Origin: a virus
Reading direction: 5' to 3' (one strand)
DNA: 27,057 nt
UHGV virus genome: UHGV-2044750
Shown here: one piece after another, positions 7,671-20,366 of the stretch
Position numbering within the stretch: position 1 is the first letter of the stretch
How the letters are laid out: each line of letters starts with the position of its first letter
Program-made: the position numbers and the translations under genes
Notes under the pieces: generated by a model
The model's database searches: none
What the model saw: the letters and a program-made list of their open reading frames with translations, nothing else
What the model was told of the DNA's origin: nothing

Positions 7671-7877
7671 ATGGAAAAAATCACAACAGGTGTGTCATAC
7701 ACCACGTCAGCGGTGGGGACGGGATACTGGTTACTGCAGCTGCTGGACAAAGTCTCTCCGTCCCAGTGGGTGGCAATAGGTGTGCTGGGGAGTCTGCTGT
7801 TTGGCCTGCTGACGTATCTGACAAACCTTTATTTCAAGATTAAAGAAGATAAGCGCAAGGCTGCGAGAGGTGAATAA
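7671..7877 (+). CDS. S: Class II holin (pinholin), phage-21 S21 type
   Basis: 68 aa with two TM segments; the C-terminal part ([20 protein letters not shown]) matches my recollection of S21; GGAGA SD 10 nt upstream; stop overlaps the endolysin start (TAATG). Confidence 0.85.
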   Translation: MEKITTGVSYTTSAVGTGYWLLQLLDKVSPSQWVAIGVLGSLLFGLLTYLTNLYFKIKEDKRKAARGE

Positions 7878-8377
7878 TGCCTCCATCATTACGAANNNNN
7901 NNNNNNNNNNNNNNNNNNNNNNNNNNNGCTGTTGCCATAGCGTCTGTGCTCATCACTGGTCCGAGTGGTGACGATGGCCTGGAAGGTGTCAGCTACATAC
8001 CATACGAAGATATCGTTGGCGTATGGACTGTATGTCACGGACACACCGGAAAAGACATCATGCCCGGTAAAACGTATACCGAAGCAGAATGCAAAGCCCT
8101 CCTGAATAAAGACCTTGCCACGGTCGCCAGACAAATAAACCCGTACATCAACGTCGATATACCGGAAACAACGCGCGGCGCTCTTTACTCGTTCGTTTAC
8201 AACGTGGGCGCTGGCAATTTCAGAACATCGACGCTTCTTCGCAAAATAAACCAGGGCGATATCAAAGGCGCATGTGATCAGCTACGGCGCTGGACATACG
8301 CTGGCGGTAAGCAATGGAAAGGGCTGATGACTCGCCGTGAGATTGAGCGTGAAGTCTGTTTGTGGGGGCAACAATGA
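7877..8377 (+). CDS. R: SAR endolysin (T4-lysozyme-like muramidase, R21 type); N-terminal SAR region partly masked by an N-run
   Basis: MPPSLR...[14 protein letters not shown] signal-anchor-release N-terminus and lysozyme core ([11 protein letters not shown]..., YNVGAGNF); 32 N at 7896-7927 are in frame. Confidence 0.85.
   Translation: MPPSLRXXXXXXXXXXXAVAIASVLITGPSGDDGLEGVSYIPYEDIVGVWTVCHGHTGKDIMPGKTYTEAECKALLNKDLATVARQINPYINVDIPETTRGALYSFVYNVGAGNFRTSTLLRKINQGDIKGACDQLRRWTYAGGKQWKGLMTRREIEREVCLWGQQ
7896..7927. other. Run of 32 N (unresolved or masked bases) inside the endolysin gene
   Basis: Literal n characters in the sequence. Confidence 1.
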
Positions 8378-8810
8378 GCAGAGTAACCGCGATTATCTAC
8401 GTTCTGGTCATCTGCCTCATCGTCTGCCTTTCATGGGCTGTTAATCATTACCGTGATAACGCCATCGCCTACAAAGAGCAGCGCGATAAAGCCACATCCA
8501 TCATCGCTGATATGCAGAAGCGGCAACGTGATGTAGCAGAACTTGACGCCAGATACACAAAGGAGCTTGCTGATGCTAATGCGACTATCGAAAGTCTCCG
8601 TGCTGATGTTTCTGCTGGGCGTAAGCGCCTGCAAGTCGCCGCCACCTGTGCAAAGTCNNNNNNNNNNNNNNNNNNATGGGCAATGGAGAAACCCCAGGAC
8701 TTACAGCAGATGCTGAACTCAATTATTACCGTCTCCGAAGTGGAATCGACAGGATAACCGCGCAGGTTAACTACTTGCAGGAGTACATTAGGACGCAATG
8801 CCTTCGATGA
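8374..8810 (+). CDS. Rz: Rz i-spanin (inner membrane spanin); reading frame is broken across an N-run
   Basis: N-terminus [39 protein letters not shown] is Rz-like up to the N-run; after it the Rz C-terminus ([29 protein letters not shown], stop 8808-8810) continues in a different frame, so the N-run length is not the true length. Confidence 0.75.
8573..8757 (+). CDS. Rz1: Rz1 o-spanin (outer membrane lipoprotein) embedded in Rz in an alternative frame; interrupted by the N-run
   Basis: AAGGAG SD 8 nt upstream of ATG 8573; signal peptide [20 protein letters not shown] with lipobox, then a proline-rich stretch (KSPPPV); after the N-run the frame ending at 8757 has an Rz1-like tail ([13 protein letters not shown]). 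Confidence 0.6.
8658..8675. other. Run of 18 N (unresolved or masked bases) inside Rz/Rz1
   Basis: Literal n characters; both Rz and Rz1 change frame across it. Confidence 1.
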
Positions 8811-8882
8811 TAGCGATAATTTTCCCATTATCTTTTATATGCGTGATTTTAGTTAGTTTTAGTCGCAACACGAATAAAACAG

Positions 8883-8909
8883 AGAACCACCCGCTATACG
8901 AGTGGTTCT
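8883..8909. terminator. Hairpin between convergent Rz and the minus-strand moron gene (likely bidirectional terminator)
   Basis: 8-bp stem AGAACCAC/GTGGTTCT with 11-nt loop; U-rich flank on the minus-strand side. Confidence 0.4.
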
Positions 8910-8926
8910 GATTTACACTTTTGAAA

Positions 8927-9157
8927 CTAAAAGCTAAATACTTGAGCAAGAACAGCTAACGCTGCGCAAAAAGCAGCCCGTTTATTCCATTTACTTTGTA
9001 TTTCAATGGCTTTAAAACAACCCAGTGATGAGAAACTGCCTTGTTCCGTTTTTGGTGGGTGTTCTTTGGAAGATGCAAAACATGAAATAATCCAAAAAAT
9101 GGCGGAAAAAATTCCAAAAATTATTGAAGGCAAATGATGCTCTTTCAAAAACTCCAT
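8927..9157 (-). CDS. Small hydrophobic protein (76 aa), possible lipoprotein, in the position lambda uses for bor
   Basis: Minus-strand ORF convergent with Rz; hydrophobic N-terminus LPSIIFGIFSAIFWIISC ending in a lipobox-like IISC; not similar to lambda Bor by eye. Confidence 0.5.
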   Translation of the reverse strand: MEFLKEHHLPSIIFGIFSAIFWIISCFASSKEHPPKTEQGSFSSLGCFKAIEIQSKWNKRAAFCAALAVLAQVFSF

Positions 9158-9832
9158 GACTTAACTCTCTTAAAAGTTGCTAAACATCGCTCGCAAACAA
9201 GAAAGAAAAGTTCTGTTGCGAGCACTCCACAATTTAAACGCCACACAAGCAGCTATTAGGTGGACGGTTCCAAGATTGCTATCAACTGCCACCCGAATAC
9301 CGTCAAAACTTGACGTCCAACCAAGAATTATTGAGTTGTAAACTCAACGCAATGATCTGGTTGGTATAAATGTGACATATGTCATGAATCGACTAGTTGA
9401 GATAGTCAAGATGGGCTTGCTTGACATCATCACCACAACCGGAGCCAACAATGGCAGATTGCGTTACCCAGATTTGATAAAGGCATTTTAGCCTGACATA
9501 ACTATGCACTGTATCGTCGCCGTATTCCCGCATCAACAGAGACCACAGCCCGAGAGGGAGACTCCTCTGCGCGAGTGTGCGGGGATAATCAAAAACGATA
9601 CACACCGGGGTTTACCGTGTTAACGGAGCGCGGCGTTGTCCCCTCATGGTCGCTGGTCCGGTGCGATGGTGGAAGAAACCGGACGATGTGTTACCTCGCA
9701 AACTCTGTTATGTCATGTGTCTGATTTGTGATTTAAGTCGGATAATTGTCATTGCCATTAAGCAGAGGATTGATGACCGACAGGGCTGCATTGTTAGAAT
9801 AAGACTTATTCTTATCTATGCCGGGAATAAAA

Positions 9833-10159
9833 ATGAAAAGAAATCTTCCGTTAATTATTTTGTTGTCTTCTTTGGTTATGGGCTGTACGCAACATAAAAC
9901 AGATATGCCTCGACAGTTGGTTAAGGCATTACCACAATATCCGGCCTATGCCGCGGCAAATTATATAAAGGGACGGGTTGATGTGAAGTTTGATATTGGT
10001 GCTGATGGTACTGTCACCCGAATTGAGTTTATCCGTTCAGAGCCGCACCATCTGTTTGATGAGCAGGTTGTAAAGGCGATGGCAAAATGGCGATTTGAGA
10101 AGGACAAGCCGCGTAAAGGCGTGAAGAAAACATTTATCTTTAGTCCTTCAGCACCCTGA
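9833..10159 (+). CDS. Lipoprotein with TonB C-terminal-like domain (108 aa)
   Basis: Signal peptide MKRNLPLIILLSSLVMGC with lipobox LVMGC (Thr at +2); the mature part aligns by eye to the E. coli TonB C-terminal domain (YP..A....I.G.V.VKFD...DG.V......S.P...F...V..AM..WR.E..KP). ATG 9818 is an alternative start. Confidence 0.75.
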   Translation: MKRNLPLIILLSSLVMGCTQHKTDMPRQLVKALPQYPAYAAANYIKGRVDVKFDIGADGTVTRIEFIRSEPHHLFDEQVVKAMAKWRFEKDKPRKGVKKTFIFSPSAP

Positions 10160-10669
10160 TTATTTTATCAGAAGTTAATTATCACTCTGTTGCTATTCAG
10201 TACATCCCTGCAGGGTAAAGTCTTGTTTCGCCGGATATGAAGATGAAATATTGTTAGAAGACAGTAGCTACCGGTTCCTGTAACCGAACGTTCATTTCTC
10301 GTTATTTTTCATGCTGGCCGGGCGCAGGTGCTTTGCATCTGTTGCCAGCCTTCTCCTGCAGGCTTCAATAACCCATGCCGAAAAATTACCCGATCCCTTA
10401 CGTTCAAGGGCAATATGGATTTGATTAATCATCTGGTTTGGGAAGCTTTATTTTTTGATGACATTGTGTTTTTCCGTGTTCAGTGCTGCTGATTTGTATT
10501 GTCTTAAGATGTCTTTACGTTAAGTTGACACAGATCAATTAATGCATGACTTGGACAAAATTGATTATTTGTCGTGGTTTTATGGTGTACGTGGGATGTG
10601 TGATGGTATTTATATAAATGATAATTATTATCATTTATTGGGTCCTTTCCGGCGATCCGGCAGGCTACG

Positions 10670-10681
10670 GGGCGGCGACCT
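10670..10681. other. cosN: 12-nt cohesive-end sequence GGGCGGCGACCT (lambda-type)
   Basis: Exact match to the lambda cohesive end; the flanks ...TTTCCGGCGATCCGGCAGGCTACG | and | CGCGGGTTTTCGCTATTTATGAAAATTTTCCGG are close to my recollection of the lambda genome ends. Confidence 0.85.
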
Positions 10682-10721
10682 CGCGGGTTTTCGCTATTTA
10701 TGAAAATTTTCCGGGGAAAAT

Positions 10722-10830
10722 CATGTCGGTACTTCTCGAACATAACTATTTGTTTTTTCTAATATCGAATCCGTAAAAGGTCCGACATGAAAACGCCTAA
10801 AAAAGTCATTTTCGGGCACTTTCATGTCGG
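10722..10830. repeat. Candidate cosB R-site repeats: three copies of a CATGTCGG core (10722-10729 direct, 10782-10789 inverted, 10823-10830 direct)
   Basis: Repeats lie between cosN and the Nu1 start, where lambda has its R3/R2/R1 sites, but with a different sequence; an AT-rich spacer between copies 1 and 2 could hold an IHF site. Confidence 0.4.
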
Positions 10831-10857
10831 CCCCTGTATTTATTGTGAGACTGTTTC

Positions 10858-11377
10858 ATGAAGGTTAATAAAAAGAAACTTGCCGAAATTTTCAACGTGG
10901 ATCCGCGAACGATTGAACGCTGGCAGTCTCAGGGACTCCCTTGTGTCTCCGGAGGTGGTAAGGGCGTTGAATCTGTATTTGATACCGCCATGGCAATTCA
11001 GTGGTATGCGCAGAGGGAAGCTGATATCGAAAATGAAAAACTCCGTAAAGAGGTTGAGGATTACAGGGCTGCCAGTGAGGCAGATCTCCAGCCTGGGACT
11101 ATTGAGTACGAACGCCATCGACTTACGCGTGCGCAGGCCGACGCACAGGAGCTGAAGAATGCCAGAGACTCCGCAGAGGTGGTGGAAACCGCATTCTGTA
11201 CTTTCGTGCTGTCACGGATCGCAGGTGAAATTGCCAGTATTCTTGACGGGATCCCTCTCTCGGTACAGCGGCGTTTTCCGGAACTGGAAAACCGACATGT
11301 TGATTTCCTGAAACGGGATATCATCAAAGCCATGAACAAAGCAGCCGCGCTGGATGAACTGATACCGGGGTTGCTGA

Positions 11378-11403
<26 letters not shown>
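10858..11403 (+). CDS. Nu1: Terminase small subunit Nu1 (N-terminal DNA-binding domain diverged from lambda, C-terminal two-thirds lambda-identical)
   Basis: 181 aa; from about residue 75 ([57 protein letters not shown]...) it matches lambda Nu1 as I recall it; the first ~75 aa are clearly related but diverged. Confidence 0.95.
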
Positions 11404-15084
<3,681 letters not shown>

Positions 15085-15104
<20 letters not shown>

Positions 15105-16404
15105 TCTCCCGCATATTGCCAGCATGGCCTTTAATGAGCCGCTGATGCTTGAACCCGCCTATGCGCGGGTTTTCTTTTGTGCGCTTGCAGGCCAGCTTGG
15201 GATCAGCCGCCTGACGGATGCGGTGTCCGGCGACAGCCTGACTGCCCAGGAGGCACTCGCGACGCTGGCATTATCCGGTGATGATGACGGACCACGACAG
15301 GCCCGCAGTTATCAGGTCATGAACGGCATCGCCGTGCTGCCGGTGTCCGGCACGCTGGTCAGCCGGACGCGGGCGCTGCAGCCGTACTCGGGGATGACCG
15401 GTTACAACGGCATTATCGCCCGTCTGCAACAGGCTGCCAGCGACCCGATGGTGGACGGCATTCTGCTCGATATGGACACACCGGGCGGGATGGTGGCGGG
15501 AGCATTTGACTGTGCTGACATCATCGCCCGTGTGCGAGACATAAAACCGGTATGGGCGCTGGCCAACGACATGAACTGCAGTGCAGGTCAGCTGCTTGCC
15601 AGCGCCGCCTCCCGGCGTCTGGTCACGCAGACCGCCCGGACAGGCTCCATCGGCGTCATGATGGCTCACAGTAATTACGGTGCTGCCCTGGAGAAACAGG
15701 GCGTGGAAATCACGCTGATTTACAGCGGCAGCCATAAGGTGGATGGCAACCCCTACAGCCATCTACCGGGTGATGTCCGGGAAACACTGCAGTCCCGGAT
15801 GGATGCAACCCGCTGGATGTTTGCGCAGAAGGTGTCGGCATATACCGGCCTGTCCGTGCAGGCTGTGCTGGATACCGAGGCTGCAGTGTACAGCGGTCAG
15901 GAGGCCATTGATGCCGGACTGGCTGATGAACTTGTCAACAGCACCGATGCGATCACCGTCATGCGTGATGCACTGGATGCACGTAAATCCCGTCTCTCAG
16001 GAGGGCGAATGACCAAAGAGACTCAATCAACAACTGTTTCAGCCACTGCTTCGCAGGCTGACGTTACTGGCGTGGTGCCAGCGATGGAGGGCGAAAACGC
16101 CAGCGCGGCGCAGCCGGACGTGAACGCGCAGATCACCGCTGCGGTTGCGGCAGAAAACAGCCGCATTATGGGGATCCTCAACTGTGAGGAGGCTCACGGA
16201 CGCGAAGAACAGGCCCGCGTGCTGGCAGAAACCCCCGGTATGACCGTGGAAACGGCCCGCCGCATTCTGGCCGCAGCACCACAGAGTGCACAGGCGCGCA
16301 GTGATACTGCGCTGGATCGTCTGATGCAGGGGGCACCGGCACCGCTGGCTGCAGGTAACCTGGCATCTGATGCCGTTAACGATTTGCTGAACACACCAGT
16401 GTAA
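15085..16404 (+). CDS. C: Head maturation protease / minor capsid protein C
   Basis: GTG start giving (M)TAELRNLPHIASMAFNEPLMLEPAYARVFF..., as in lambda gpC; overlaps the end of B. Confidence 0.9.
15799..16404 (+). CDS. Nu3: Scaffolding protein Nu3 (in-frame internal start within C)
   Basis: In-frame ATG at 15799 (MDATRWMFAQKVSAYTGL...) sharing the C stop, as in lambda C/Nu3. Confidence 0.65.
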   Translation: MDATRWMFAQKVSAYTGLSVQAVLDTEAAVYSGQEAIDAGLADELVNSTDAITVMRDALDARKSRLSGGRMTKETQSTTVSATASQADVTGVVPAMEGENASAAQPDVNAQITAAVAAENSRIMGILNCEEAHGREEQARVLAETPGMTVETARRILAAAPQSAQARSDTALDRLMQGAPAPLAAGNLASDAVNDLLNTPV

Positions 16405-16413
16405 GGGATGTTT

Positions 16414-16746
16414 ATGACGAGCAAAGAAACCTTTACCCATTACCAGCCGCTGGGCAACAGTGACCCGGCTCATAGCGCAACTGCGCCCGGCGGATTGAGT
16501 GCGAAAGCGCCTGCAATGACCCCGCTGATGCTGGACACCTCCACCCGTAAGCTGGTTGCGTGGGATGGCACCACCGACGGTGCTGCCGTTGGCATTCTTG
16601 CGGTTGCTGCTGACCAGACCAGCACCACGCTGACGTTCTACAAGTCCGGCACGTTCCGTTATGAGGATGTACTCTGGCCGGAGGCTGCCAGCGACGAGAC
16701 GAAAAAACGGACCGCGTTTGCCGGAACGGCAATCAGCATCGTTTAA
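16414..16746 (+). CDS. D: Head decoration protein D
   Basis: [41 protein letters not shown]... matches lambda gpD; AGGGA SD upstream. Confidence 0.9.
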   Translation: MTSKETFTHYQPLGNSDPAHSATAPGGLSAKAPAMTPLMLDTSTRKLVAWDGTTDGAAVGILAVAADQTSTTLTFYKSGTFRYEDVLWPEAASDETKKRTAFAGTAISIV

Positions 16747-16766
16747 CCTTACCCTTCATCACTAAA

Positions 16767-16789
16767 GGCCGCCTGTGCGGCTTTTTTTT
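16767..16789 (+). terminator. Hairpin plus T-run between D and E (terminator/attenuator-like)
   Basis: GGCCGC stem / CTGT loop / GCGGC followed by 8 T. Confidence 0.4.
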
Positions 16790-16802
16790 ACGGGATTTTT
16801 TT

Positions 16803-17828
16803 ATGTCGATGTACACAACCGCCCAGCTGCTGGCGGCAAATGAGCAGAAATTTAAGTTTGATCCGCTGTTTCTGCGTCTCTTTTTCCGTGAGAGCTATCC
16901 CTTCACCACGGAGAAAGTCTATCTCTCACAAATTCCGGGACTGGTAAACATGGCGCTGTACGTTTCGCCGATTGTTTCCGGTGAGGTTATCCGTTCCCGT
17001 GGCGGCTCCACCTCTGAATTTACGCCGGGATATGTCAAGCCGAAGCATGAGGTGAATCCGCAGATGACCCTGCGTCGCCTGCCGGATGAAGATCCGCAGA
17101 ATCTGGCGGACCCGGCTTACCGCCGCCGTCGCATCATCATGCAGAACATGCGTGACGAAGAGCTGGCCATTGCTCAGGTCGAAGAGATGCAGGCAGTTTC
17201 TGCCGTGCTTAAGGGCAAATACACCATGACCGGTGAAGCCTTTGATCCGGTTGAGGTGGATATGGGCCGCAGTGCGGCGAACAACATCACACAGTCCGGC
17301 GGCACGGAGTGGAGCAAGCGTGACAAGTCCACGTATGACCCGACCGACGATATCGAAGCCTACGCGCTGAACGCCAGTGGCGTGGTGAATATCATTGTGT
17401 TTGACCCGAAAGGCTGGGCGCTGTTCCGTTCCTTCAAAGCCGTCAGGGAGAAGCTGGATACCCGTCGCGGCTCTCATTCCGAACTGGAGACAGCGGTAAA
17501 AGACCTGGGCAAAGCGGTGTCTTATAAGGGAATGTATGGCGATGTGGCCATCGTCGTGTATTCCGGACAGTACGTGGAAAACGGCGTCAAAAAGAACTTC
17601 CTGCCGGACAACACGATGGTGCTGGGTAACACTCAGGCACGCGGTCTGCGCACCTATGGCTGCATTCAGGATGCGGATGCACAGCGCGAAGGCATTAACG
17701 CCTCTGCCCGTTACCCGAAAAACTGGGTGACCACCGGCGATCCGGCGCGTGAGTTCACCATGATTCAGTCAGCACCGCTGATGCTGCTGGCTGACCCTGA
17801 TGAGTTCGTTTCCGTACAACTGGCGTAA
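16803..17828 (+). CDS. E: Major capsid protein E
   Basis: 341 aa near-identical to lambda gpE by recollection. Confidence 0.95.
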   Translation: MSMYTTAQLLAANEQKFKFDPLFLRLFFRESYPFTTEKVYLSQIPGLVNMALYVSPIVSGEVIRSRGGSTSEFTPGYVKPKHEVNPQMTLRRLPDEDPQNLADPAYRRRRIIMQNMRDEELAIAQVEEMQAVSAVLKGKYTMTGEAFDPVEVDMGRSAANNITQSGGTEWSKRDKSTYDPTDDIEAYALNASGVVNIIVFDPKGWALFRSFKAVREKLDTRRGSHSELETAVKDLGKAVSYKGMYGDVAIVVYSGQYVENGVKKNFLPDNTMVLGNTQARGLRTYGCIQDADAQREGINASARYPKNWVTTGDPAREFTMIQSAPLMLLADPDEFVSVQLA

Positions 17829-17869
17829 TCGTGGCCCTTCGGGGCCATTTTCTCTCTGTGGAGGAGTTC

Positions 17870-18256
17870 ATGACGAAAGATGAACTGATTGCCCGTCTTC
17901 AGGAGCTGGGTGAGCAACTGAACCGTGATGTCAGCCTGACGGGAACGAAAGAAGAACTGGCGCTCCGTGTGGCAGAGCTGGAAGAGGAGCTTGATGACAC
18001 TGCCGATCAGGATACCCCTATCAGCCCGGAAAATGCGCTGACCGGACATGAAAATGAGGTTGTATCAGCGCAGCCGGATACCGTGACTGATACGGCTGAT
18101 CTGGTCACGGTTGTGGCACTGGTGACGCTGCATACTGATGCACTTCACGCCACGCGGGATGACACTGTGGCATTTGTGCTGCCGGGAACGGCGTTCCGTG
18201 TCTCTGCCGGTGTGGCAGCCGAAATGACAGAACGCGGCCTGGCCAGAATGCAATAA
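17870..18256 (+). CDS. FI: DNA packaging protein FI
   Basis: MTKDELIARLQELGEQLNRDVSLTGTKEELALRVAELEEEL... matches lambda FI; GGAGGA SD upstream of ATG 17870. Confidence 0.85.
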   Translation: MTKDELIARLQELGEQLNRDVSLTGTKEELALRVAELEEELDDTADQDTPISPENALTGHENEVVSAQPDTVTDTADLVTVVALVTLHTDALHATRDDTVAFVLPGTAFRVSAGVAAEMTERGLARMQ

Positions 18257-18267
18257 CGGGAGGCGCT

Positions 18268-18621
18268 GTGGCTGATTTCGATAACCTGTTCGATGCTGCC
18301 ATTGCCCGCGCCGATGAAACGATACGCGGGTACATGGGAACGTCAGCCACCATGACATCCGGTGAGCAGTCCGGCGCAGTAATACGTGGTGTTTTTGATG
18401 ACCCTGAAAATATCAGCTATGCCGGACAGGGCGTGCGCGTTGAAGGCTCCAGCCCGTCCCTGTTTGTCCGGACTGATGATGTGCGGCAGCTGCGGCGCGG
18501 CGACACGCTGAGCATCGGTGAGGAAAACTTCTGGATAGACCGGGTTTCGCCGGATGATGGTGGAAGCTGTCATCTCTGGCTTGGGCGGGGCGTACCGCCT
18601 GCCGTTAACCGTCGCCGCTGA
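18268..18621 (+). CDS. FII: Head completion protein FII
   Basis: 117 aa matching lambda FII. Confidence 0.9.
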   Translation: MADFDNLFDAAIARADETIRGYMGTSATMTSGEQSGAVIRGVFDDPENISYAGQGVRVEGSSPSLFVRTDDVRQLRRGDTLSIGEENFWIDRVSPDDGGSCHLWLGRGVPPAVNRRR

Positions 18622-18632
18622 AAGGGGGATGT

Positions 18633-19211
18633 ATGGCCATAAAAGGTCTTGAGCAGGCCGTTGAAAACCTCAGCCGTATCAGCAGAACGGCGGTGCCCGG
18701 TGCCGCCGCAATGGCCATTAACCGCGTTGCTTCATCCGCGATATCGCAGTCGGCGTCACAGGTTGCCCGTGAGACAAAGGTACGCCGGAAACTGGTAAAG
18801 GAAAGGGCCAGGCTGAAAAGGGCCACGGTCAAAAATCCGCAGGCCAGAATCAAGGTTAACCGGGGGGATTTGCCCGTAATCAAGCTGGGGAATGCGCGGG
18901 TTGTCCTGTCCCGCCGCAGGCGTCGTAAAAAGGGGCAGCGTTCATCCCTGAAAGGTGGCGGCAGCGTGCTTGTGGTGGGAAACCGTCGTATTCCCGGCGC
19001 GTTTATTCAGCAACTGAAAAATGGCCGGTGGCATGTTATGCAGCGTGTGGCCGGGAAAAACCGTTACCCCATTGATGTAGTGAAAATCCCGATGGCGGTG
19101 CCGCTGACCACGGCGTTTAAACAGAATATTGAACGGATACGGCGTGAACGTCTTCCGAAAGAGCTGGGCTATGCGCTGCAGCATCAACTGAGAATGGTAA
19201 TAAAGCGATGA
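18633..19211 (+). CDS. Z: Minor tail protein Z
   Basis: 192 aa matching lambda gpZ. Confidence 0.9.
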   Translation: MAIKGLEQAVENLSRISRTAVPGAAAMAINRVASSAISQSASQVARETKVRRKLVKERARLKRATVKNPQARIKVNRGDLPVIKLGNARVVLSRRRRRKKGQRSSLKGGGSVLVVGNRRIPGAFIQQLKNGRWHVMQRVAGKNRYPIDVVKIPMAVPLTTAFKQNIERIRRERLPKELGYALQHQLRMVIKR

Positions 19212-19603
19212 AACATACTGAACTCCGTGCAGCCGTACTGGATGCACTGGAGAAGCATGACACCGGGGCGACGCTTTTTGATGGTCGCCCCGCTGTTTTT
19301 GATGAGGAAGATTTTCCGGCAATTGCCGTTTATCTCACCGGCGCTGAATACACGGGCGAAGAGCTGGACAGCGATACCTGGCAGGCGGAGCTGCATATTG
19401 AAGTTTTCCTGCCTGCTCAGGTGCCGGATTCAGAGCTGGATTCGTGGATGGAGTCCCGGATTTATCCGGTGATGAGCGATATCCCGGCACTGTCAGATTT
19501 GATCACCAGTATGGTGGCCAGTGGCTATGACTACCGGCGCGACGATGATGCGGGCCTGTGGAGTTCAGCCGATCTGACTTATGTCATTACCTATGAAATG
19601 TGA
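19208..19603 (+). CDS. U: Tail terminator protein U
   Basis: 131 aa matching lambda gpU. Confidence 0.9.
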   Translation: MKHTELRAAVLDALEKHDTGATLFDGRPAVFDEEDFPAIAVYLTGAEYTGEELDSDTWQAELHIEVFLPAQVPDSELDSWMESRIYPVMSDIPALSDLITSMVASGYDYRRDDDAGLWSSADLTYVITYEM

Positions 19604-19610
19604 GGACGCT

Positions 19611-20351
19611 ATGCCTGTACCAAATCCTACAATGCCGGTGAAAGGTGCCGGGACCACCCTGTGGGTTTATAAGGGGAGCGGTGACCCTTATGCGAACCCG
19701 CTTTCAGACGTTGACTGGTCGCGTCTGGCAAAAGTTAAAGACCTGACGCCCGGCGAACTGACCGCTGAGTCCTATGACGACAGCTATCTCGATGATGAAG
19801 ATGCAGACTGGACTGCGACCGGGCAGGGGCAGAAATCTGCCGGAGATACCAGCTTCACGCTGGCGTGGATGCCCGGAGAGCAGGGGCAGCAGGCGCTGCT
19901 GGCGTGGTTTAATGAAGGTGATACCCGTGCCTATAAAATCCGCTTCCCGAACGGCACGGTCGATGTGTTCCGTGGCTGGGTCAGCAGTATCGGTAAGGCG
20001 GTGACGGCGAAGGAAGTGATTACCCGCACGGTGAAGGTCACCAATGTGGGACGTCCGTCGATGGCAGAAGATCGCAGCACGGTGACGGCGACAACCGGCA
20101 TGACGGTGACACCCGCCAGTGCTTCCGTAGTGAAAGGGCAGAGCACCACGCTGACCGTGGCATTCCAGCCGGAGGGCGCAACCGACAAGAGCTTCCGTGC
20201 GGTGTCTGCGGATAAAACAAAAGCCACCGTGTCGGTCAGTGGTATGACCATCACCGTGAAAGGTGTTGCTGCAGGCAAGGTCAACATTCCGGTCGTATCC
20301 GGTAATGGTGAGTTTGCTGCGGTTGCAGAAATCAACGTCACCGCCAGTTAA
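19611..20351 (+). CDS. V: Major tail tube protein V
   Basis: [41 protein letters not shown]... matches lambda gpV; GAGGA SD upstream of ATG 19611. Confidence 0.9.
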   Translation: MPVPNPTMPVKGAGTTLWVYKGSGDPYANPLSDVDWSRLAKVKDLTPGELTAESYDDSYLDDEDADWTATGQGQKSAGDTSFTLAWMPGEQGQQALLAWFNEGDTRAYKIRFPNGTVDVFRGWVSSIGKAVTAKEVITRTVKVTNVGRPSMAEDRSTVTATTGMTVTPASASVVKGQSTTLTVAFQPEGATDKSFRAVSADKTKATVSVSGMTITVKGVAAGKVNIPVVSGNGEFAAVAEINVTAS

Positions 20352-20366
20352 TCCGGAGAGTCAGCG

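Noticed and set aside
7597-7779. 60-aa + strand ORF overlapping the terminator and the holin start
   Set aside because: Begins inside the terminator T-run and is out of frame with the well-supported holin gene.
7896-8675. N-runs as a biological feature such as a deletion scar or repeat
   Set aside because: They are literal unknown bases; flanking reading frames indicate ordinary endolysin and Rz/Rz1 sequence underneath.
9393-9605. 70-aa minus-strand ORF in the moron intergenic region
   Set aside because: GTG start with no SD; the region appears homologous to the non-coding stretch upstream of bor in lambda (from memory); kept only as a low-probability candidate.
9646-9897. 83-aa + strand ORF overlapping the start of the TonB-C lipoprotein gene
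   Set aside because: Out of frame with the well-supported lipoprotein ORF, no RBS, implausible hydrophobic/low-complexity translation.
10504-10743. 79-aa minus-strand ORF spanning cosQ/cosN
   Set aside because: Covers the cos site and lambda-homologous non-coding right-end sequence; AT-rich, no RBS.
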